Positions 1-9,673 are shown, counted from the stretch's first letter. The stretch is DNA of 64,000 nt from Chitinophagaceae bacterium (GCA_041752135.1 JBGSHT010000090.1:1888-65887); one strand, 5' to 3'. Notes: generated by a model not told the origin, from the sequence alone. Numbers and translations are program-made.

Positions 1-1
1 G

Positions 2-364
2 AAACCCTTTGAAGTATTAAGCCTTGCAGACTTCACACATTATTATAAAGAAGACAGTAAGATAGATTATGATAAATTCCCCGCATTGCGCAAGGCCAAA
101 GGTTATGAAGTGATACTGGAACACGGTGATACTTTGTTTATGCCGGCCGGTTACTGGCACCATATGGAATACCTGGAAAGCGGATTTGCTATCAGCCTCA
201 GGGCCATGAATGCCTCGCTGGGCGGCAAACTTAAAGGCTTATCAAATATTGTCCTGATGAGGCATCTGGACACTTTGCTGAAAAAGTCGTTACCCGGCCC
301 ATGGTATTCCTTTAAGGAAAAAAAGAGTTTCCAAAAAGCAGCCAGTCAACTGGAAGTTATATAA
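2..364 (+). CDS. JmjC/cupin-like (Cupin_8) domain protein, 5'-truncated by window edge
   Basis: Frame is open from base 2 (KPFEVLSLADF...IDYDKFPALRKAKGYEVILEHGDTLFMPAGYWHHMEY). The GDxLFxPxGxWH motif is typical of the JmjC C-terminal half. Confidence 0.8.
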   Translation, partial: KPFEVLSLADFTHYYKEDSKIDYDKFPALRKAKGYEVILEHGDTLFMPAGYWHHMEYLESGFAISLRAMNASLGGKLKGLSNIVLMRHLDTLLKKSLPGPWYSFKEKKSFQKAASQLEVI

Positions 365-445
365 CTACATAGAATAACCGATTTTTGAACGAACAGATCT
401 TTGCCTCTTCTTTTCTCCACATATTAAAGCTAAAGTTTTTATATA

Positions 446-474
446 GTGCCATGGTTCGTGTATTCATGAACCAT
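446..474. repeat. Left arm of outer inverted-repeat pair (palindromic unit GTGCCATGGTTCGTG..CATGAACCAT)
   Basis: Self-complementary hairpin at 451-474. Bases 446-470 match the reverse complement of 913-937 at 19 of 25 positions. Confidence 0.6.
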
Positions 475-502
475 CATTGAAAAAATTTCGTTTTCCGGTT
501 GC

Positions 503-850
503 CAATGACACACCACGTATCTAATTATATATCAATTAAATAAAACTGATTGAAATGTTCTACAAGAATATCGCCCCGCTGGGGCTCTAATACAAAATAC
601 ATACGGGGCTACAAGAATGTCGCCCCGCTGGGGCTTGAATACAAAATACATGCGGGGCTACAAGAATGTCGCCCCGCCGGGGCTTTAATACAAAAAGCAC
701 GTGGGGCTACAAAAATATCGCCCCGCTGGGGCTTGAATACAAAAATCTGTTTTGGAGTTCTGCCTTTCAGCTCCAGAGGAGCGTCATTCTTGTAGAAGAT
801 ATTTGATTGTTCAATAGAGTCCGCCGCGGCGGAGCGACATTATTTTAAAT
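503..850. repeat. Composite REP/BIME-like element, copy 1 (57-bp leader, 4 direct and 2 inverted palindromic units)
   Basis: 27-bp units CTACAARAATRTCGCCCCGCYGGGGCT start at 560, 609, 658 and 707 (49-bp period). Inverted units lie at 769-795 and 818-848. The whole element recurs inverted at 21875-22220. Confidence 0.9.
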
Positions 851-912
851 CTTTACGTCACTCATAAATGTGTCATCTTCTAAGAACTTGTACCCGAAAC
901 GGGAAATATTTA

Positions 913-937
913 TTCGTTAGGATACGAACCACGGCAC
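913..937. repeat. Right arm of outer inverted-repeat pair
   Basis: TTCGTTAGGATACGAACCACGGCAC is an imperfect reverse complement of 446-470. Confidence 0.6.
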
Positions 938-952
938 CAAGAATCTTTTCGG

Positions 953-2821
953 TTAAGGCCTGCTGAATAATTTTTCCAGGTAATCTTTACCAAATTCAAT
1001 ATACGTTGGATTTCCGCCTGCCGTAAGATTGGGCTGGCGGCAAAGTGAGAGATCATTAATTAAGTTGCGCATTTCCTGTTCGGATAAGTGCGTGCCGGTT
1101 TTGATGCTTTGCCGGCTGGCCATCGCACGCACCAGTTTTTCCCTTCCCGCACAGGCTATGCCCGGGTTAAAATGCTTGTATGCTTCCAGCAGTTTTTCAA
1201 TATCCTGTCCTTCTGTTCCCTGCGCTATACCTGCAGGTGTACCCTGGATAACAAAACTATTTTTGCCAAAGGGTTCAACCTGGTATCCAAGAAGTGTCAG
1301 GTCCGGGATGAGTTCTTCCATGAGTACCGTATCAGATGGGGATAACATGCAGGTTGCCGGAAAGAGACTGCGCTGGGTGGCAACCGGTTTTCCACTAACG
1401 GCATCGGATAATCGCTCATATACGATCCGCTCGTGTGCCAGTTGCTGGTGTACCAGGGTCATTCCCTTATCTGTGGGGAAAAGTATATAAGACAGGTGCA
1501 GTTGAACCGGTTTTGTTTCTGCGGGAAGGCCCAGTGGTGATGCTTTAACGGTTGCGGAAAAAGCTTCCAGAAAGTCTGGTTCCCTGCGGAATTCTTCCTG
1601 TCCGCCAGCTTTGACTGTTGCCTCTGCTTCGGTTTTACCCGGGGCATAGAATTCGCTCCATCCCTGCAATTCGTTTCTGGATTCCACACGGTGCGCCTGG
1701 TGCTTTTGGGTAAATGTCTGGAACAAATGACTGGCTGATGCTGCTTCCTTGTTGGCTACCGAAAATGGTTTGCTTACGGCTTCCAGTTGCTGTATGGCCG
1801 GGTCGAGGTCAAAGTCAAGGGTGGGCGATACACTGTATTGAGCCAATGCATGTTTTACCGCAGCCTGTACAAATGCATAGACGATTTTTTCATCCTCAAA
1901 CTTTATTTCCTGTTTGGTTGGGTGAACATTGATATCCACCTGCGCAGGGTCAAGGTCAATAAAGAGAACATACATTGGAAATGACTGGTCCGCGATCATA
2001 TCCTGGTAAGCGCTCATCACGGCGTGATTCAGGTATGCGCTTTTGATGAATCGGTTGTTCACAAAAAGGTACTGATCGCCGCGTGTTTTTTTGGCCGCAT
2101 CGGGTTTGCCCACAAAGCCATAAATATTCAGGTAATCGGTATTTTCATTTACGCCTACTAACTTTGATGCATAGGCGCTGCCCATGATCTGCACGATCCG
2201 TTGTTTGAGGGTGCCTTTGGCCAAATGAAAAACTTCCTGTCCGTTGCTGCTTAATGTAAATAATATCTCGGGGAAGGCCAGGGCAATGTGAATGAATTCA
2301 TCTACGATATGCCTCATTTCCGAAGCATTGCTTTTCAGGAAATTTCTCCGGGCGGGGACATTGAAAAAAAGGTTCTTCATGGAAAAACTCGTCCCGGCCG
2401 GAGCAGCGCAAGGTTCCTGCTTTTTGACCTGGCTGTTGTCTATTTCGATATATGTTCCCAGCACATCATCTGCCCGGCGGGTTTTCAGTTCCACTTGCGC
2501 TACCGCCGCAATGGAAGCCAGGGCTTCTCCACGGAATCCCATGGTGCGAATGCTGAACAGGTCGTCTATCTTGCTGATCTTTGACGTGGCATGCCTTTCA
2601 AAACACATGCGGGCGTCTGTTTCGCTCATGCCTTTGCCATTATCTATCACCTGCAGCAATGACTTCCCTGCATCATTTACAATCAGCCTGATCTCATCGG
2701 CACCCGCATCCACTGCGTTCTCCATAAGTTCTTTGACAGCACTGGCGGGTCGTTGTATAACCTCGCCGGCCGCTATCTGGTTGGCTATATTGTCGGGTAA
2801 TAAATGAATCAGGTCAGACAA
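953..2821 (-). CDS. mutL: DNA mismatch repair protein MutL
   Basis: NQIAAGEVIQRPASAVKELMENAVDAGA, GFRGEALASI and VDINVHPTKQE motifs, plus C-terminal HQQLAHERI endonuclease-type motif. TTG start. Confidence 0.98.
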   Translation of the reverse strand: MSDLIHLLPDNIANQIAAGEVIQRPASAVKELMENAVDAGADEIRLIVNDAGKSLLQVIDNGKGMSETDARMCFERHATSKISKIDDLFSIRTMGFRGEALASIAAVAQVELKTRRADDVLGTYIEIDNSQVKKQEPCAAPAGTSFSMKNLFFNVPARRNFLKSNASEMRHIVDEFIHIALAFPEILFTLSSNGQEVFHLAKGTLKQRIVQIMGSAYASKLVGVNENTDYLNIYGFVGKPDAAKKTRGDQYLFVNNRFIKSAYLNHAVMSAYQDMIADQSFPMYVLFIDLDPAQVDINVHPTKQEIKFEDEKIVYAFVQAAVKHALAQYSVSPTLDFDLDPAIQQLEAVSKPFSVANKEAASASHLFQTFTQKHQAHRVESRNELQGWSEFYAPGKTEAEATVKAGGQEEFRREPDFLEAFSATVKASPLGLPAETKPVQLHLSYILFPTDKGMTLVHQQLAHERIVYERLSDAVSGKPVATQRSLFPATCMLSPSDTVLMEELIPDLTLLGYQVEPFGKNSFVIQGTPAGIAQGTEGQDIEKLLEAYKHFNPGIACAGREKLVRAMASRQSIKTGTHLSEQEMRNLINDLSLCRQPNLTAGGNPTYIEFGKDYLEKLFSRP

Positions 2822-2877
2822 ATCTTCTTATTTTTATTGAGCCTGTAAAAATACGTTGAATATTCGAAAGCCTGTTT

Positions 2878-5796
2878 ATGAAGAGTAAGATCCTCCCTTT
2901 TTTTCTGTGCATACTTTGTTCATTTTCCGGATACACACAGCCCAAAAGCGATCCTGGTGCAATTGCCTGGGTGGATAGTGTTTTCAACACCCTGTCGGAA
3001 AATGAAAAGATCGCCCAACTGATGATTGTGCGGCTTTCGTCGATCAATTCCACAACAAGGGAGGTTACCTTTTATGAACAGCAGGTAGAATCTGCTGTAA
3101 GACAATACAATATAGGTGGAATCTGCCTTTTCCAGGGCGGACCGATCAGGCAGACCAGCCTTGTCAATTATTACCAGTCAATTGCCAAAACCCCCATCAT
3201 GATCTCCATCGATGGCGAAACCGGTGTAGGCATGCGTGTTGACAGTGTAGCTGCCCTGCCACGGCAAATGATGCTTGGTGCAGTGCAGGACCCTGATCTG
3301 ATTTACCAGTATGGCCGCTGGGTAGGGGAGCAATGCATGCGTATGGGAATCCAGGTAAATTATGCTCCTGTTGTGGATGTAAATAATAATCCTAAAAACC
3401 CTGTGATCAACGACCGTTCTTTTGGTGAGGACAAATACCGGGTTGCCCAACTCGGTATAATGTACATGAAAGGCCTGCAGGATGGGGGTACAATGGCCGT
3501 GGCCAAGCATTTTCCGGGGCATGGCGATGTGGAAGTGGATTCTCACCATGATCTGCCAGTGATCAGCAAAAGCAGGGCCCAGATGGATTCGCTTGAGCTC
3601 TTTCCCTTCCGGGAACTTTTTAAAGCGGGAGTGGATGGCGCCATGGTTGCCCATTTATATATCCCGGCTATTGACAATACCACTAACCGCGCTACTTCCA
3701 TATCTTATAATAACGTCACCGGTTTGCTCCGCAATGAACTTGCTTTTCAGGGCCTGACATTTACCGATGCACTTGAAATGAAGGGGGTGGCAAAATATTT
3801 TCCCGATGGTGATGCCGCTGTTGAATCACTCGTGGCGGGTAACGATATGCTTTGCCTGCCCGGGGATATTCCGGTTGCCGTTGAAAAAGTGAAAGAGGCC
3901 ATCCGCAAAAAAAGGCTCAACTGGGAAAGCCTTGATGCAAGGGTTAAAAAAGTGCTCCATGCAAAATATAAATATGGATTGAATAAGCCGGTTCAGGCAT
4001 CACTACTGAATCTAACGGAAGACCTTAACCGAAAATCAGCAGGCCTCCGTAGGACCATCGCAGAGCAGGCCATCACACTGGCCAGTTATAAAGAACCGGC
4101 AGGTTTCCCTTTGCCCGTTTCCCAGAATAACCGGATAGCGCTTATTTCCATTGGCGCCACAGACGATAATGCTTTCGCCAAAAGAATGCGGCTGGATTAT
4201 AATGCTGATGTTTTTTATTTTGATTATAAACAGCCTGACCTCCGACTGCTTTCATTGCTCGAACTCCTCAGGCAGCGCTATGATGCCGTGATCATAGGAG
4301 TACATGGGCTCACAAGGTTTCCGGGAAAGAATTTTGGCATGAGCGATGTTGCCATTGACCTGATCAAAAAAGTTGATTCGGTAAAACCTGCAACGGTTTT
4401 TCTTTTTGGGAACCCGTATGCGGCCATGCCATTCTGTTCCGTCAAAAACCTGGTGGTTTGTTACGAAGATGAAGCCATTATCCATGATGTTGCTGCCAAT
4501 ATGCTAAACGGGCAGATCCTGCCAAAAGGAAAATTACCTGTTACGATCTGTGAAAGCATGCCGGTGGGTACAGGCATACAAACATCACTCATGCCCTATA
4601 CTGATCCCGGCAGCGTGGGTGTTTCCGCAGCCATTTTACAATCTGTGGATTCCCTGGCAAATGATGCCATCCGGCAGCAGGCAACACCCGGATGTGTTGT
4701 GTTGGTGGCCCGTAACGGCCGGATCGTTTATCATAAGGCTTTTGGACACCAGACTTACGACAGCACCCGGCCGGTAACACTGGAAACAATTTACGATATG
4801 GCATCCGTGACCAAGATATGCGCCACAACCATATCCATCATGAAATTATATGACCAGGGGAAACTGGACCTGCATAAAACACTGGGATATTACCTCCCCT
4901 GGGTGAGGGGTTCAGACAAGGAATCATTACGTATCAATGACATCCTGCTGCACCAGGCCAGGCTCAAAGCATGGATACCCTTTTCCCGGGAAACGATCGA
5001 TACATTAACGGGCATACCTATGGCAGGGTTTTACCAGGCCGTACCTGCTGATGATTATCGGGTACGGGTTGCGGATAGTTTCTTTATGCGCACTGCCTGG
5101 CGTGATACATTATATAAACGGATCCTTCAAAGCCCGCTGGAAGCGCCAGGTAAATATATTTACAGCGACAATGATTTTATTTTCCTGGGAAAGATCGTGG
5201 AAGCCATCAGCGGTATGCCACTGGAAGAGTACGTATATAAGGAATTTTATCGCCCGCTTGGCCTTGTAACAGCAGGTTTCAGGCCTCTTGATCGCTTTTC
5301 CAAAAACCAGGTTTCTCCAACGGAATCGGAAAAAATATTCCGCAGGCAACTGATACATGGTTATGTACACGATCCCGGTGCGGCTATGTTTGGAGGTGTG
5401 GCCGGGCATGCCGGACTTTTCAGCAATGCCTATGATATGGCTGTGCTCATGCAATTGTTCTTGAATAAAGGGGTAATGAATGGAAGGCGCTATATATCAG
5501 ACACGACCATTGAAAAATTCACTGCTTATCACAGCGAAATAAGCCGCCGCGGGCTTGGTTTTGATAAGCCGGAAAAAGATAACCTCACCCGGAAAGAACC
5601 ATATCCTACACTAAGTGCATCTCCCTTGACATTCGGCCATACCGGATTTACGGGAACCTGCGCATGGGCCGATCCAAAAGAGAACCTGGTTTTTATTTTC
5701 TTATCTAACCGGGTACATCCGGACGGGAGTAATAAATTATTGAGGATGAACGTGCGCAGTAATATTCACGAGCAGATTTATAGATCGCTGAAATAG
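2878..5796 (+). CDS. GH3 beta-N-acetylglucosaminidase (NagZ-type) fused to a C-terminal serine beta-lactamase/AmiE-like domain
   Basis: Signal peptide; KHFPGHGDVEVDSHHDLP (NagZ Asp-His signature) and FTDALEM; C-terminal domain has SVTK (SxxK), YSD and HTG motifs. Confidence 0.92.
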   Translation: MKSKILPFFLCILCSFSGYTQPKSDPGAIAWVDSVFNTLSENEKIAQLMIVRLSSINSTTREVTFYEQQVESAVRQYNIGGICLFQGGPIRQTSLVNYYQSIAKTPIMISIDGETGVGMRVDSVAALPRQMMLGAVQDPDLIYQYGRWVGEQCMRMGIQVNYAPVVDVNNNPKNPVINDRSFGEDKYRVAQLGIMYMKGLQDGGTMAVAKHFPGHGDVEVDSHHDLPVISKSRAQMDSLELFPFRELFKAGVDGAMVAHLYIPAIDNTTNRATSISYNNVTGLLRNELAFQGLTFTDALEMKGVAKYFPDGDAAVESLVAGNDMLCLPGDIPVAVEKVKEAIRKKRLNWESLDARVKKVLHAKYKYGLNKPVQASLLNLTEDLNRKSAGLRRTIAEQAITLASYKEPAGFPLPVSQNNRIALISIGATDDNAFAKRMRLDYNADVFYFDYKQPDLRLLSLLELLRQRYDAVIIGVHGLTRFPGKNFGMSDVAIDLIKKVDSVKPATVFLFGNPYAAMPFCSVKNLVVCYEDEAIIHDVAANMLNGQILPKGKLPVTICESMPVGTGIQTSLMPYTDPGSVGVSAAILQSVDSLANDAIRQQATPGCVVLVARNGRIVYHKAFGHQTYDSTRPVTLETIYDMASVTKICATTISIMKLYDQGKLDLHKTLGYYLPWVRGSDKESLRINDILLHQARLKAWIPFSRETIDTLTGIPMAGFYQAVPADDYRVRVADSFFMRTAWRDTLYKRILQSPLEAPGKYIYSDNDFIFLGKIVEAISGMPLEEYVYKEFYRPLGLVTAGFRPLDRFSKNQVSPTESEKIFRRQLIHGYVHDPGAAMFGGVAGHAGLFSNAYDMAVLMQLFLNKGVMNGRRYISDTTIEKFTAYHSEISRRGLGFDKPEKDNLTRKEPYPTLSASPLTFGHTGFTGTCAWADPKENLVFIFLSNRVHPDGSNKLLRMNVRSNIHEQIYRSLK

Positions 5797-5820
5797 ACTT
5801 TATTCATTGTGTCTTTGCGG

Positions 5821-6696
5821 TTAATCTGTTTTAGAAACCAACGGTTTGGAATCACGCATGCTGATAAGCGCTTCGGCAACTTTCTTTTTAAAAGTCCATG
5901 GGATAAAATGATTGCCACCTTTGAAGATCAATGTTTCTACTTTGGCCGCATTGACCAATTTTTTGCGGGCATAATCAACATTCGCAACTGGTACCCAGGT
6001 GTCTTTATCACCATGTAACAGGTAAACTTCACAGGTGACTTTTTGAAAATCATCCGCAAGCGAAATGATATCTTTTTTGAAATATACCAGTTCTGTGTTG
6101 CTGGGTCTGAATGCACCGGGCAAGAGATAGTAGAACGGAAATTTGGCAGCCAGCATCCTCCAGTTTTCCGCAGGTTCCAGCTCGGGATCAACAGACCCCG
6201 CCATCAGCATAATGCCTTTCACGGCTTCCGGATAATCTGCAGCCATTTTAATAACCAGCGGACCGCCGAGCGAATGACCGGCAAGGAAAACAGGTTTGCC
6301 GTTTTTTACAACATCTAAAATGGGTGATAAGAGCAAGGATTGTTCTGCAAGCGAAACCGCATCGCCAAAATCACTGTATCCGAATCCGGGCCGGTCAACA
6401 CTCACCATCCTGTAATGGAATAGCAAGGACGGATCTTTCATGAAATGTTCAAATGAATTCCAGGCACTTGGCGAGCCGTGCATAAAGATCAGGGTGGGCA
6501 GGCTGTCATTACCCACCATGGTATAATGAATTTGCCGGTCGTTGACCGTGATAAATTCAGTTTTAAGTTCCAGTCCCTTTTTAAGGAAATCAGCCCTTGC
6601 TTTTTCATCACTCTTTCTGAATGTCATACAACCGGGAGCAAGGATGATCCAGGTGAATAATAATACCAGAAAGAAAATGATGGAGCGGATCATCAT
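5821..6696 (-). CDS. Alpha/beta-fold hydrolase with N-terminal signal/membrane segment
   Basis: HGSP oxyanion motif, DRPGFGYS, GHSLGG nucleophile elbow, HGDKD and GGNH. Start moved to the ATG of MMIRS. Confidence 0.88.
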   Translation of the reverse strand: MMIRSIIFFLVLLFTWIILAPGCMTFRKSDEKARADFLKKGLELKTEFITVNDRQIHYTMVGNDSLPTLIFMHGSPSAWNSFEHFMKDPSLLFHYRMVSVDRPGFGYSDFGDAVSLAEQSLLLSPILDVVKNGKPVFLAGHSLGGPLVIKMAADYPEAVKGIMLMAGSVDPELEPAENWRMLAAKFPFYYLLPGAFRPSNTELVYFKKDIISLADDFQKVTCEVYLLHGDKDTWVPVANVDYARKKLVNAAKVETLIFKGGNHFIPWTFKKKVAEALISMRDSKPLVSKTD

Positions 6697-6750
6697 AAAA
6701 TTTTCATGGTTTAACCGCAAGGGAATACAGGCCGCAATGGGATCTGCATC

Positions 6751-8088
6751 CTACTGTGGTTTCGGTCCTCTGTCTCCTCGGTTTCTGTTTTGATCCCTGG
6801 GTTGTTGTGGTTTACCCGGCCCACCGCCTGGTCCGCGGCCTGGCCCCCTGTTTGGGTTCCTGTTAGGGTCCCTTTCTCCACGGTTTTGATCACTACGGTT
6901 CTGTTCACCACGGTTTGGTTCCCGGTTTGGCTCGCGATTTGCGTCACGCTGTGGCCCTGATGAACGCTCTCGATGTTTTCTTTTCTGAGTATTCCGTTCC
7001 AGGCTTCGCAGTGATATTTGTCCAACCACATCCACAAACTGCAGTTCTGCTTCTTTGGATTTCTGTGCATTGGTTACATCTGCCGTTTCGAGTTCGGTGG
7101 CCTTGACACCTTTGGCGTTGAGCGCCTTTATTTTATTGACCGTTTCAATCGTAAGCGGATATTGTCGATTGCTGTCGGGCAGCACATACCACATCAGGTT
7201 TTTAAAAATATCTTTCTTTACCAGTATGGCATTACCCTTAACCGTATCCAATACGTCTGATTGAGCCGGAAAATTTTGCAGAGCATCTAAATAAGTGTCC
7301 AGCTCATAGTTCAGGCAGCATTTCAAACGGCCACACTGACCACTAAGCTTGGTTTGATTGATGCTCAGGTTCTGGTAACGGGCAATGGTGGTGGTAACAC
7401 TTTTGAAATCAGATAACCAGCTGCTGCAGCAAAGTTCCCTGCCGCAACTGCCGATGCCGCCTACCTTGGCAGATTCCTGGCGGGCACCAATCTGTTTCAT
7501 TTCAACTTTGACCCTGAATTCCGAAGCATAGATTTTTATCAGTTCACGGAAGTCCACACGGTCGTCGGCAATATAAAAGAATGTTGCTTTCCGGCCATCG
7601 GCCTGTATCTCCACTTCACAAAGTTTCATATTGAGGTTGAGCTGCCGGGTAATTGCCCTGGACCTGATCAGTGCATCTTTTTCCCTGGCTTTGGTCTCTT
7701 TCCATTTCTGGATATCCATATCATTGGACCTTCGCAATACTTTTTTTATCTCCGCAGAATCTTCCGAAACCCTTTTTTTCTTCATTTGGAGCCTCACCAG
7801 TTCACCGGTAAGGTTTACAGTTCCAACATCAAATCCGCTTACCCCTTCCACGGTAACCAGGTCGCCTTTCATAAACAGCTGAAGGGAGTTGTTACGGAAA
7901 AATTCTTTTCTGCTGCCCTGGTTGAAACTTACTTCAATGATCCTGCAGGAACCTTCGGGATCGCTGAAAGGCAGGTTTGCCAGCCAGTCATGAACATTAA
8001 GCCGGTTACAGCCACCGGAACTGCAACCACCGTTGCTTTTGCATCCTCCGGGTTTACCGGTATCTGTGCCACAGGACGTACATCCCAT
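6751..8088 (-). CDS. ricT: PSP1-domain protein, RicT/YaaT family Fe-S regulatory subunit
   Basis: RVDFRELIK, IGARQE, CGRELCCS and LSGQCGRLKCCLNYE motifs; downstream of holB as in other bacteria; low-complexity C-terminal tail. Confidence 0.9.
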   Translation of the reverse strand: MGCTSCGTDTGKPGGCKSNGGCSSGGCNRLNVHDWLANLPFSDPEGSCRIIEVSFNQGSRKEFFRNNSLQLFMKGDLVTVEGVSGFDVGTVNLTGELVRLQMKKKRVSEDSAEIKKVLRRSNDMDIQKWKETKAREKDALIRSRAITRQLNLNMKLCEVEIQADGRKATFFYIADDRVDFRELIKIYASEFRVKVEMKQIGARQESAKVGGIGSCGRELCCSSWLSDFKSVTTTIARYQNLSINQTKLSGQCGRLKCCLNYELDTYLDALQNFPAQSDVLDTVKGNAILVKKDIFKNLMWYVLPDSNRQYPLTIETVNKIKALNAKGVKATELETADVTNAQKSKEAELQFVDVVGQISLRSLERNTQKRKHRERSSGPQRDANREPNREPNRGEQNRSDQNRGERDPNRNPNRGPGRGPGGGPGKPQQPRDQNRNRGDRGPKPQ

Positions 8089-8356
8089 AATATATTGTCA
8101 ATTAAAAGGTGAGTGACCGGACGGACTTTTACCGTTGCCGGGGAAAACGAGAGGACGTATTTACCGGGGGAAGTATAACACCATTTGGTTTCCCTTGTCA
8201 TTTCCAAATTTGCATAAGTATGGAAAGACGGCCATTTGGCCTGGAAAACTATCATGTACCACGTGTACTATAGTGTAATATTTAGAGTATGATGGTTATA
8301 TAGTTAACCTGATCACATTGCCAAACCTCAAACTCCTGCTCCGGTACGCACATTTC

Positions 8357-9580
8357 TCATTTTACCAAAATTAAAGAATTGTCTTTAATGATATGGTATA
8401 ATTTAATACTGAGGGCCTGAAAGAGCATTTTGCCGTTTGCATTCCTTTCAATATAGTAAGCTGCGCGGTCAATCTCTTCAATTATGGCTTGTTGCTGGGA
8501 AAGCGTGGTGAGTTTATTGAAACGCGTGGCAAAGTCGTACTCTTTTTCCGGGATCTCCGGTGCGGCAGCTTCCATAACCCTTAACCGGATGCATTCTTCC
8601 AGCAGGTGGTTAAAGTATCTCAGGAACTGTTTTTGCTTTTCACGGCCGAGTTTACTGGTGTCCTCTACCCATTTTACCTGGGCCACCGGGCCGTTTTTCA
8701 GGATCGCATTCAGCCAATCCCTGACCATCGCCTGCCAGTCTTCTTCATCATGCTGTAAAAGGAAGAGCGCTTCCCGGTAGTTACCTTCAGCCACTGCAGC
8801 CAGTGGCCTTGCTTTTTCAGCCAAAACGCCCGACCTTTCCTGGAGGGCAGATTCGATATCTTTTGCCTCAATTGGTGGGATTTTGACAAGCTGGGTCCTG
8901 GACAAAATGGTAGGGAGCATTTTGGATTCCTCTTCAGCAACCAGGAGAAATAAGGTTTTGGGTGGCGGTTCTTCAATGAGTTTCAGCAATTTATTGCCCT
9001 CATTGCCCAGGTACTCGGGCATCCACATCACCAATATCTTATAGCCGCTTTCGAAACTTTTCAGGCTGAGTTTCCGAAGGATATCGGCACACTCGCTGGC
9101 TGTAATATTTCCCTGTTTGTTTTCTGCACCTATGAATTGCAGCCAGTCGAAGACATTGCCATAGGGAAACTGCACCATGAATTCGCGCCACTCATTGAGA
9201 TAATCTGTTGAAATGGGTTTATCACCGGGTTTACGGGGTATAACGGGATAAGAAAAATGAATATCCGGATGAATCAGCTGTGATGCTTTGACACAGGATG
9301 GACAAACACCACAACTATCTGTAGGAAATGGCTTGTCTGTGGTTTCTGCCTGCACAGGTTCTTCCCCAAACAAGGAAGCCACCGGGGCTTTTTCTTTTTC
9401 GTTGCCGGGGCCCTGGACTTTTTCGCAAACAAGATATTGAGCAAAAGCCAGTGCAAGTGGTAAAGCACCTGTTCCTTCCTTGCCAAGTATCAAGAGAGCG
9501 TGGCTAAGCCTGCTTTGCTCCACCATCGATCTTAGTTGGGAGATGGGTTCCTTTTGGCCAATGATTGAAGAAAACTGCAT
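8357..9580 (-). CDS. holB: DNA polymerase III subunit delta-prime
   Basis: FSSIIGQ, RLSHALL, CGVCPSC zinc motif, HPDIHF, NKLLKLIEEPP and LPTILSR. Start taken at MQFSS. Confidence 0.93.
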   Translation of the reverse strand: MQFSSIIGQKEPISQLRSMVEQSRLSHALLILGKEGTGALPLALAFAQYLVCEKVQGPGNEKEKAPVASLFGEEPVQAETTDKPFPTDSCGVCPSCVKASQLIHPDIHFSYPVIPRKPGDKPISTDYLNEWREFMVQFPYGNVFDWLQFIGAENKQGNITASECADILRKLSLKSFESGYKILVMWMPEYLGNEGNKLLKLIEEPPPKTLFLLVAEEESKMLPTILSRTQLVKIPPIEAKDIESALQERSGVLAEKARPLAAVAEGNYREALFLLQHDEEDWQAMVRDWLNAILKNGPVAQVKWVEDTSKLGREKQKQFLRYFNHLLEECIRLRVMEAAAPEIPEKEYDFATRFNKLTTLSQQQAIIEEIDRAAYYIERNANGKMLFQALSIKLYHIIKDNSLILVK

Positions 9581-9621
9581 ACACGAAGATAAATACATTA
9601 ACCGCGATGGAATGAGGAACG

Positions 9622-9654
9622 AAAAGAAAAAAAGCTGCCTGGTGGGGCAGCTTT
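9622..9654 (-). terminator. Intrinsic terminator after glutathione peroxidase
   Basis: Stem AAAGCTGCC/GGCAGCTTT with a T-rich run on the minus strand. Confidence 0.75.
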
Positions 9655-9673
9655 CGTATGAAGAAGTGTTTAC

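Noticed and set aside
560-733. CRISPR array (AT-rich leader plus 27-bp palindromic direct repeats)
   Set aside because: The 22-bp spacers are nearly identical to each other, inverted units follow, a second copy is dispersed elsewhere, and no cas genes are present. REP/BIME-like repeats fit better.
550-795. 81-aa ORF, and likewise 21914-22168 and 21702-21953
   Set aside because: These are translations of the repeat element and the 27-bp duplication (recurring SPRWG, NVAP and FKDDTFIRT), not credible proteins.
4570-5796. Antibiotic-resistance beta-lactamase
   Set aside because: It is a domain of a GH3 fusion, more consistent with peptidoglycan recycling. No mobile context.
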